Positions 49,345 through 56,435 of a stretch of DNA of 64,000 nt are shown here, piece after piece. The stretch spans positions 3,783 through 67,782 of IMG/VR virus record IMGVR_UViG_3300045988_118025, one strand, 5' to 3'. Source of the stretch: a virus. The notes under the pieces were generated by a model, which was not told the origin of the DNA, made no database searches, and was given only the letters and a program-made list of their open reading frames with translations. Both the position numbers and the translations under genes were made by a program. Numbering within the stretch: the first letter of the stretch is position 1; every line of letters begins with the position of its first letter.

Positions 49345-49697
49345 ATGATAAACATTTCTTTCAGAATACTGATCTTTATTCCGTATATCAATTTCATCTC
49401 ATCTCTATCATATACGTCAAAAAAGGATTCACTGGGGTCCTTTGGATTTACGTTCAATTGAATTATGCAATTACCAGTATAAACCTTAAGCTTATAATTA
49501 TCAGAATATATATCCTGCAACATGATTTCAAATGTTGCAATTAATTGTTTAACAAGGATTACGTTAAATGAAAAAGACTCTTTGCCATCACCCTTAAATG
49601 TAATATAATCAAAATCCTTGGTATTGTCAAATTCGTACTCTACCCGACTGCCGTCCATCATATCATAAAATATTGACTTTCTGATTATAAATCCCAT
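49341..49697 (-). CDS. hypothetical protein
   Basis: 118-aa ORF, ATGA overlap. Confidence 0.45.
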   Translation of the reverse strand: MGFIIRKSIFYDMMDGSRVEYEFDNTKDFDYITFKGDGKESFSFNVILVKQLIATFEIMLQDIYSDNYKLKVYTGNCIIQLNVNPKDPSESFFDVYDRDEMKLIYGIKISILKEMFII

Positions 49698-49714
49698 ATT
49701 GTTTTATTTTTTAG

Positions 49715-50020
49715 TTAATACAAATCTTCTGAATACAATTGTTCTCTAATAGCACTCCTATCTACTACCATTTCCTGATTATTGTTTCTAACAAGTTCAG
49801 ATGCTTCTTCTCTTGTTAAAAACCGATTCTTGCTCGTCAAAAATCCTTGAACACTGCGGTTTTTATGAGCAATACCGTATGCAGCAAGTTGCGATATTAT
49901 AGAACAGTGTCTCAATCCACAAAATACGGTTCCGGATGGTATGTTTACTGGACCGTGAGGCTTGTTCTTGTGATCTTGAACCCATATAGCTGCGCATACA
50001 ACAATTTCCTTATCACACAT
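49715..50020 (-). CDS. hypothetical protein
   Basis: 101-aa ORF. Confidence 0.45.
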   Translation of the reverse strand: MCDKEIVVCAAIWVQDHKNKPHGPVNIPSGTVFCGLRHCSIISQLAAYGIAHKNRSVQGFLTSKNRFLTREEASELVRNNNQEMVVDRSAIREQLYSEDLY

Positions 50021-50023
50021 AAA

Positions 50024-50299
50024 TCAATAATTTAAAATACCATTTTTACCAATATGCTTCTTTTCTTCTTCAGTAGGCCATTCTTTCTTGAACTTACCGT
50101 GCCGCGTTCCAGGAACCACCACCAGCTTATCATCCTTATGATATTCAATAGCGGCACATTCAGAACAAAGAGGCTTGCCTTCATATCCCTTTAGCGACTT
50201 ATCGTAAATACGATTCTTACAAGGTCTTATAAGAGCCCAATAACAGGATGTGGCTGTATTATCTATACAGCCACATTTTGAACAAACAAACAAACTCAT
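50024..50299 (-). CDS. zinc-ribbon protein
   Basis: CSKCGC...C...CSEC. Confidence 0.45.
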   Translation of the reverse strand: MSLFVCSKCGCIDNTATSCYWALIRPCKNRIYDKSLKGYEGKPLCSECAAIEYHKDDKLVVVPGTRHGKFKKEWPTEEEKKHIGKNGILNY

Positions 50300-51159
50300 C
50301 CCGCAATCTCCCAGTCATTAGACATAATATCATGTTCGGTTGGATTCCAATTTGATGCTACTTTTTGACCTGTATCTATCATCAATATATTTACGTCAAA
50401 CATACAGATATACTTTTTACCCCAATCGATTCTTTTTATCTTACGACCTAATTTAAGCCGTTCTAAAGCCTGTTCGAATGTCATGCCATGACGAGGCAGT
50501 TTGAGATACTTTTCAAGTCTGTCGGAGGCTTCATTTGGTGTATGACCATCGTATTCGAAAGCGGTTTCTCTTTCAGGAACATCAAACAAATCCCAGTATT
50601 TGCTTTCATAGTGATTAGATACCTGACCGGTAGGTAGGATCGCCATCACAATAAACCAATCATCAGAACCGAAGCATTTTTCTCCGTCGCTGTGTCTCCT
50701 TGATTTGCAAACTTCAACCTGTCCGCTTCTGGCTAATAGATTAAAGAAGGCAGCGTTATACAACATGCGATACCGATACAATTCATTGAAAGTGTGGTAT
50801 CCGTCAGAGACTTCTCCCACGTCTACAGGCTTCTTGTTTTGAATACTACCCAAAATATTCTCTATATAGAGCTGTATTTTATACATACCCATTTCGGTGT
50901 GGCCGTATTTGTTCAAGATATTATTGACATCGTATTGTATATTAAAATCTTTTTCAAATTCTACTTCAGGATGATTAGGATAGTAGTAATCTACTGATGC
51001 TTCTAACACAGACTTGATATGCTCTACTATCCTCGTGGCATCATCATGTTTTAAGAAATTCTTGAATCCCTCAACGAATTTAATATCTTCTTCGATTGTT
51101 GATTCGAACTCTTCTTTTGTCATTACTCTAACCACATCTTTAAAATCTTTTAATTCCAT
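50296..51159 (-). CDS. hypothetical protein
   Basis: 287-aa ORF, ATGA overlap with downstream gene. Confidence 0.5.
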   Translation of the reverse strand: MELKDFKDVVRVMTKEEFESTIEEDIKFVEGFKNFLKHDDATRIVEHIKSVLEASVDYYYPNHPEVEFEKDFNIQYDVNNILNKYGHTEMGMYKIQLYIENILGSIQNKKPVDVGEVSDGYHTFNELYRYRMLYNAAFFNLLARSGQVEVCKSRRHSDGEKCFGSDDWFIVMAILPTGQVSNHYESKYWDLFDVPERETAFEYDGHTPNEASDRLEKYLKLPRHGMTFEQALERLKLGRKIKRIDWGKKYICMFDVNILMIDTGQKVASNWNPTEHDIMSNDWEIAG

Positions 51160-51182
51160 GATTTGTTTTAAATTAATTGTTA

Positions 51183-51815
51183 CTATACTTTCTTTATCCT
51201 ACAATACAAACCCCACAAAAACTCAGCGGAGAAACTATCCCATACATTATTCTTCTGCCAAAGTTCTACTTTGTTAACAAACCAAGACCATGTGGGACCC
51301 TCATATGAAGAATCAGATGATGATCCCAATCCGATTTTCTCCATTTCATTCGCCACATCAGAATAAGGATCTAAATCGACTCCCCTAATCATGTTAATAA
51401 TATCATCCTTGTCTAACGTAAATTGAAACCGCTCCTTATTAGGTAAATCTTGATTTATTTTACCGGTTGTAAGCAAATCTTCATCATAGCATAGCTTAAT
51501 AAGCTTCTTTACTTTCTTTTCAAGAAAAGGAAACTCTTGTATGACTTCCACAAAATTGGATTCGTCGGCTTTGCCTTCTATGAAAATAACAGTTTTGCTT
51601 CCAGGTCTATGATCGTCTAAGCTTACCGGGATGCCAAATATCGTCCATCCTTTAAACTCAGCTATCTTAAAACGCATAACGTCAAACACCTTATAGAAAT
51701 CATCACAATCTATAGATTCTATTACCTTAACATCCTCTTCCGTAAATTTACCTCGTATTGGAATAACGTGATGACCGGGGCAGCCATCGGTTCCGAAATA
51801 TGCGATTCTAACCAT
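51183..51815 (-). CDS. hypothetical protein
   Basis: 210-aa ORF. Confidence 0.5.
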   Translation of the reverse strand: MVRIAYFGTDGCPGHHVIPIRGKFTEEDVKVIESIDCDDFYKVFDVMRFKIAEFKGWTIFGIPVSLDDHRPGSKTVIFIEGKADESNFVEVIQEFPFLEKKVKKLIKLCYDEDLLTTGKINQDLPNKERFQFTLDKDDIINMIRGVDLDPYSDVANEMEKIGLGSSSDSSYEGPTWSWFVNKVELWQKNNVWDSFSAEFLWGLYCRIKKV

Positions 51816-51816
51816 A

Positions 51817-52020
51817 TTATCTATAATATTTTAATTGTTCTGAAATCCTATATTTACTTATATCATCACACAAATTACACCCTCCTGTGCATCCATAAAT
51901 CGAGCAATACGAGTCTCTTTCTGCCTTCGATCTGGATTGAAAATCTCTTACGGCTTTAATCCAGGTAGGAGAAATAATCTTACCAGAGAAGGAAGGTACG
52001 TTTAAAAGTAGTGTTTTCAT
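51817..52020 (-). CDS. small Cys-rich protein
   Basis: Trimmed to MKTLLLNV (ATG overlapping the upstream TGA at 52017-52019); CSIYGCTGGCNLC. Confidence 0.35.
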   Translation of the reverse strand: MKTLLLNVPSFSGKIISPTWIKAVRDFQSRSKAERDSYCSIYGCTGGCNLCDDISKYRISEQLKYYR

Positions 52021-52235
52021 GATTTTGGTAAAACATTCATATAACACGGTACATCTACCACATCTCTTCTGCAAAGTTCCTTCTCAAAATAGGAAACCAT
52101 ATAAGTGCTTTTACCTTCGTAATCAGGTTTAGGATCAAAGCATTCAAAAACGAATCTTGTTCTACCTTCAAGATGACCAAACATGAAAACAAATTCGCCA
52201 CCGTATCTTTTGTTAGCCAATTCTTCTACTGTCAT
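52017..52235 (-). CDS. hypothetical protein
   Basis: 72-aa ORF. Confidence 0.4.
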   Translation of the reverse strand: MTVEELANKRYGGEFVFMFGHLEGRTRFVFECFDPKPDYEGKSTYMVSYFEKELCRRDVVDVPCYMNVLPKS

Positions 52236-52459
52236 AACCTGTCTCCTCCCAATCCTGAATTGATACTCACATACTTAACACTGACACCATTTCCACGTCC
52301 AAGCTGACCCCAGCCGGGCGATGGCGTTCCCTTAGCCGGAGCAGCGACAGCCCTAAGCCGAGACCAGTCCTGCTTTTGTCTCATGGCGTCAGCCTCTTTG
52401 TAATACCGGTTACACAGTTCTTGATCTTCGTAACCAACGTAATCTTCCTTATTTTCCAT
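52232..52459 (-). CDS. hypothetical protein
   Basis: 75-aa ORF. Confidence 0.35.
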   Translation of the reverse strand: MENKEDYVGYEDQELCNRYYKEADAMRQKQDWSRLRAVAAPAKGTPSPGWGQLGRGNGVSVKYVSINSGLGGDRL

Positions 52460-52529
52460 AAAAAATACTTTTTCAACAAAAGTACGACATTCATAAATTA
52501 ATTAGATTTAAAATAAAACAATATGAATT

Positions 52530-52564
52530 AAAATAAAAACCCGATACGTTAAAATCGCATCGGG
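52530..52564 (-). terminator. rho-independent terminator candidate (- strand)
   Basis: CCCGATGCG/CGCATCGGG 9-bp stem with one mismatch, followed on the - strand by TTTTTATTTT. Confidence 0.4.
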
Positions 52565-52587
52565 CCTGGTATTGAAAAAAAATAGGT

Positions 52588-52770
52588 TCATATCTTGGGT
52601 AAAGACTCGAGCCAATTTTTAACATCTTTATATTTAGGGTCTTTGTCTATTCTATCTCTCAGTTCATGCAATGCTGAGTCCATAACCGTATTCGGTACGC
52701 CAATCAACTCTCCTATTAAATACAATGGGGTTTTATTTGATTTAGATTCGTGTGCCATATTCATGTCCAA
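52588..52770 (-). CDS. hypothetical protein
   Basis: 60-aa ORF. Confidence 0.3.
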   Translation of the reverse strand: MDMNMAHESKSNKTPLYLIGELIGVPNTVMDSALHELRDRIDKDPKYKDVKNWLESLPKI

Positions 52771-52932
52771 AAAAAAGTTATGTGAAACAAACCGGCCACG
52801 GGTATTCTATTGCCCGCCGACCGGTATAACATTTTTTTTTATTCCTTTTTTTCCAAACGGGAAAAACGGGAATGCGGGAATCATATTTTTTACTATGGCT
52901 CCCGCACCACCGGAAGGGCCTGGGCCTGGATC

Positions 52933-53226
52933 TCAGGTCAGATCCTTCCAGTTTATTTTTTCGCCGAGGTAATCTTGCACGGCAAGCCATCTTATAAAGG
53001 CTACTCCTTCGGGAGCATCCGGATCATCCAAATACATTAACGTAGCTTTCACCAACTCGTTCTCACATTTGAAGACCTTCGGAAAACCATCCGAATAGTA
53101 CATTGCAAAGACATATTGGACATCGCCCCATGTCGCTTTATCCGGCTTCTTCGCTCCGCACTTTTCAAAAATATCTTTTATTTCCGGCTGCTTCCAGATC
53201 CTCTTGGATCCATCGACGTTGACCAT
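52933..53226 (-). CDS. hypothetical protein
   Basis: 97-aa ORF; in the same frame as the upstream ORF, separated from it by a single TGA and 31 sense codons. Confidence 0.4.
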   Translation of the reverse strand: MVNVDGSKRIWKQPEIKDIFEKCGAKKPDKATWGDVQYVFAMYYSDGFPKVFKCENELVKATLMYLDDPDAPEGVAFIRWLAVQDYLGEKINWKDLT

Positions 53227-53319
53227 CTTCTTTACCGCCTCATCAGCAAGAGCATTAGAAAAATGGTAGCCGTAAGTATCTACATATTTCTGATAAGCTG
53301 GATCCTCTGCGTCTGCTCC

Positions 53320-53691
53320 TCAATAAGAACGACCTCTGCCACGTCCGCGACCTCTACGCATCTGAGGTCCGTCACCGTAGTATCTGTCGTCTCCATAGTA
53401 ATCGGTCGGGTAGGATTCGTAACCCATCCTCCGGTATTCCCGGTCCTCCATTTCATGACGACGTTCGCGCTCCTCAAGCCTTCTTTCCCTTTCTTCCAGC
53501 TCGTTTTCGCGTTCTTCCATTTCCTTCATCTTCTCATGCATACCGTAATGATCATAAGGAGGAAGGAACCCATGTCCGTACTCCATGTACGTTCCATCAG
53601 CACGCCGGCTTCTGCCTCTGCCTCGTCTGTCTTCTATCTCGTCATATCCAGGATATTCTCTGTGTCCTGAATTTAAATCATATACTATCAT
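53320..53691 (-). CDS. Arg/Glu/Tyr-rich low-complexity protein with RG repeats
   Basis: RGRGRSRR...EERENELEERERRLEERERRHEMEDREYRR...GRGRGRGRSY. Confidence 0.4.
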   Translation of the reverse strand: MIVYDLNSGHREYPGYDEIEDRRGRGRSRRADGTYMEYGHGFLPPYDHYGMHEKMKEMEERENELEERERRLEERERRHEMEDREYRRMGYESYPTDYYGDDRYYGDGPQMRRGRGRGRGRSY

Positions 53692-53698
53692 ATTATAC

Positions 53699-54193
53699 TT
53701 ATTTCAAACGTTCTACAATTAACTTCTTTAAATCTTCGAATGAATCAGTAAGGTCATTCACCTTATTTTCTATACCAGCTATTTTACGATCCTGCTCTCT
53801 CGTTTGTTTGAATGCCGGATTGATGTCTTCTAATATAGATTCACAAGCCTCTATCTTGGCACGATGGGTATCTACGCTGTCTATTATGTCTTGACTGGTG
53901 CTTTTTATAGCATTCAGTTCGTTCATAATCGGATCTATGCTGGTAGATAATGTTATACCCATAGCCTTAGCCACATTCTGGGATTCCGGAACCGTATAGG
54001 TCTTGGTTTCGCCAGTGAGCTCTACCGTCAGATCCACCACGCGGGTCTGCATCGCCTGATACTGACCCGGCTGAGGAGGAAGATACCTGGGTTCGGATAC
54101 GGCTACTACCTTTCCCAATTCGTATTTAGGTACTGTATTAGTATCAAGGGTATGTACCTGAAACCCTTTCTTCAAATCTGAAAACATGATCAA
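53699..54193 (-). CDS. hypothetical protein (coiled-coil C-terminus)
   Basis: 164-aa ORF. Confidence 0.45.
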   Translation of the reverse strand: MIMFSDLKKGFQVHTLDTNTVPKYELGKVVAVSEPRYLPPQPGQYQAMQTRVVDLTVELTGETKTYTVPESQNVAKAMGITLSTSIDPIMNELNAIKSTSQDIIDSVDTHRAKIEACESILEDINPAFKQTREQDRKIAGIENKVNDLTDSFEDLKKLIVERLK

Positions 54194-54243
54194 AATATTA
54201 TTTAGGTGAAAATAGGGTGATGATCTCCATCACCCTACTGAAA

Positions 54244-54657
54244 TCATTTACCTGCTTTAACTTCAGACGCCTGGGCTGCCGCTACTGGAACACAGCAATC
54301 CATTAATCTTAACACGCCACGAACTTTATTGAAGTACAGAAGGCGTTCTGTGCCATTTACCATAGCAGCACCCGTTACAGCTACGTTAATAGGGTTCACG
54401 ACATTCACTCCCGTAACCGAGCAACAGGTGTCGGCTCCTACTGTTGAAACTGTGCTGTTTGCCGGGACCGCAATCTGTACCGGTAGAGCACTTCCGGCTG
54501 TGGGGACTACTTGCCTTATCTTAAGAAGGATAAGACCCTCACACGGAAGGGCGATCCAAGCCCGTGGGTTAATACCGAAGATTGTATTTGTCGTACTGAC
54601 AATAACATTCTTCGTAACCATCTCATACAACGATCCTATTTTAGAAACACAAGCCAT
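54244..54657 (-). CDS. hypothetical protein
   Basis: 137-aa ORF, Val/Ala/Thr-rich. Confidence 0.45.
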   Translation of the reverse strand: MACVSKIGSLYEMVTKNVIVSTTNTIFGINPRAWIALPCEGLILLKIRQVVPTAGSALPVQIAVPANSTVSTVGADTCCSVTGVNVVNPINVAVTGAAMVNGTERLLYFNKVRGVLRLMDCCVPVAAAQASEVKAGK

Positions 54658-54680
54658 ATTAGCCTCCTCTCTTAATAAAA

Positions 54681-55688
54681 TCAGACAGCAGCGTTGTTAT
54701 TGCAACATCCGTTGTTACATCCACATCCGTTATTGCAGTAACCTCCTCCGAATACCTGTCCCCAAGAATAAGCCTGGTAAGGAGAACAAGAGGGGTAGGC
54801 TGGGACGGCCGTCGGGCGTAATTGACCAACGATATTCTGGGTTTGTTGCTGAGATAATGCCGAAGCTGTCAAAGCCGCTTTTTCTTCACGAAGTTGAGCA
54901 ATAGTGTTCTGCATCTCCCTCATTTCCAACTGACAGAATTTGTCGTTGATCATAACGGTTTGAGCGTCAAGTTTCGCAGACAAGATATTGAATTGGCTTG
55001 TAGCTTGCTCACGATTGTTAGCCAGACCTTGGTTGAGACCGTTCTGCAAGATATTGGTTTGTTCCAACGTGCGAAGCTGGTTATCAAAACCTTGCTGAGT
55101 AATCATTCCCTGAGTCTGGCAAGTGCTTTGATTGATCAACGAACTCAGATTGCAGCAGCAAGAGCTGATTTGATTTCCTATTTCACAACCTTGTTGTTGA
55201 ACTGCGTTGATAACAGCCTGAGAAGTCATACCTACCTGACCAGCTACTTTATCAATAGCACCCTGTACGTTGCAGATAGCGTTCTGAAGTTGAGTAGTAG
55301 AACAGTTCAAAGCAGAAGCGATCTGATCTATGGCACTACGATTACCTTGAATTGCCTGCATCAAAAGTTCACGACCGTAATCGTTATTCAACTGAGCCGG
55401 CAAACCATTGGCGCAACAATCACCACCATTTCCAAAACCGTTACCGAAGCCGCGTCCACCCCACAGCCAGAACAAAACAATTATCCAGAGCCACCAACCG
55501 TTAGCCCCACCGAAACCGTCCTGGTTGTTACGACCGTTCATCAAAGCCGCTACCAGATTCGGATCCATTTTATTACCACCTATCAAATTAGCAAACATGC
55601 CGGGAATCATTGAAAGAAGACCGTTAGTGGCTGCACCACCACCGTTAGCCCCGGCTCCATCTAAAAGGACGATTTTATCACCACCCAT
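54681..55688 (-). CDS. Gly/Asn/Gln/Cys-rich membrane protein
   Basis: Trimmed to MGGDKIVLLDG. Gly-rich N-terminus, one W-rich TM helix (WWLWIIVLFWLWGG), a Q/N-rich coiled region with scattered Cys (CCANG, SSCCCNLS) and a C-terminal GGGYCNNGCGCNNGCCNNN. Confidence 0.5.
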   Translation of the reverse strand: MGGDKIVLLDGAGANGGGAATNGLLSMIPGMFANLIGGNKMDPNLVAALMNGRNNQDGFGGANGWWLWIIVLFWLWGGRGFGNGFGNGGDCCANGLPAQLNNDYGRELLMQAIQGNRSAIDQIASALNCSTTQLQNAICNVQGAIDKVAGQVGMTSQAVINAVQQQGCEIGNQISSCCCNLSSLINQSTCQTQGMITQQGFDNQLRTLEQTNILQNGLNQGLANNREQATSQFNILSAKLDAQTVMINDKFCQLEMREMQNTIAQLREEKAALTASALSQQQTQNIVGQLRPTAVPAYPSCSPYQAYSWGQVFGGGYCNNGCGCNNGCCNNNAAV

Positions 55689-55911
55689 AATTTTATAGTA
55701 TTTAATTGTTAAACATACGTGCATGAAGCACGTAACAAAGATCATGATTGCAGGGTGGAATACAGGTGTGTTTATTTCCTATAGAAGAGAAGTATTTTCA
55801 GCAAAAACGGAAGTATAATACACAATAATTAATTTTCCCCATTTAAGGTGAAAAACTGATAATCAGAAACTTACGCTTTTCCCATTTTAGGTAAAGCGCT
55901 GTAAATCAAAC

Positions 55912-55937
55912 CAGGGCCCGCATCACTGCGAGCCCTG
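55912..55937 (-). ncRNA. GC-rich hairpin downstream of a Bacteroides-type promoter (candidate small RNA 3' end or 5'-UTR element)
   Basis: CAGGGCCCGCA-TCAC-TGCGAGCCCTG (one mismatch) in a roughly 690-bp non-coding region; followed on the - strand by GTTTGATTT. Confidence 0.3.
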
Positions 55938-55989
55938 ATCTCTAAACTAATACCATGAAAAAACTTAAATCTAAAAACTAAAGAATACA

Positions 55990-56020
55990 CAAATGTATGA
56001 AAATGTACGCTTTTCACAAA
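55990..56020 (-). promoter_or_regulatory. canonical Bacteroides sigma-ABfr-type promoter TTTG-N19-TAcaTTTG on the - strand
   Basis: - strand: cTTTGtgaaaagcgtacattttcaTAcaTTTGtg; -33 TTTG at forward 56017-56020, -7 box at forward 55990-55997. Confidence 0.5.
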
Positions 56021-56355
56021 GAATCTGTATCCTGTTCTTTTGTGTGATTCAAGACATGGGATATAGTTCTGATACTTAATCCGGTTTGATTTCGTATCAG
56101 ATTATAAATATAGGATTTTGAAACTACAGTTCTTAATTGACCTAAATCATTCATAATGTTTTTATACATAAGATGAATGCTGTTATTACGTTTGATGGTA
56201 CTGATTCTCATTTCCTACCGTTATTAGTTACGTTCTGTTCTTACCTTCCCTATTTTCTATAATCCCTTCCTGAAACTAATATTGCAAACTTAATAAAAAT
56301 AATTCATAAACAACGAAAATCTAACTTTTCTTGTATGTTATTGATATACGTGCAT

Positions 56356-56390
56356 ATATAAGAAAAGTGAGACTTTCACAAGCCTCACTT
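56356..56390 (-). terminator. rho-independent terminator candidate after the 752-aa gene
   Basis: AAGTGAG/CTCACTT 7-bp stem with a 12-nt loop, followed on the - strand by TTTTCTTATATAT, about 45 nt past the TAA at 56436. Confidence 0.4.
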
Positions 56391-56435
56391 CCCAAATTAT
56401 AACTATGAAAAAACTATATTATATATATACAAAAA

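Noticed and set aside
52778-52990. 70-aa very basic - strand ORF
   Set aside because: It overlaps ORF 52933..53226 and an intergenic repeat region (CGGGAA x3, GGCCTGGGCCTGG), and its composition looks like chance translation of that region. The region itself may be regulatory, but the ORF is not credible.
50018-53322. Possible TGA recoding (genetic code 4-like) suggested by two same-frame ORF junctions across TGA
   Set aside because: The 2140-aa, 1579-aa and 752-aa ORFs are uninterrupted under the standard code and use TGG for Trp. Neighbouring genes end in TAA, TAG and TGA indiscriminately. Two same-frame junctions out of about 20 are within chance expectation.
56014-56211. 65-aa - strand ORF inside the 690-bp non-coding island
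   Set aside because: It has an AGGAA directly abutting the ATG but no conservation evidence, and its composition is low-complexity Asn/Ile-rich. I kept it as a possibility only; the island is more convincingly regulatory.
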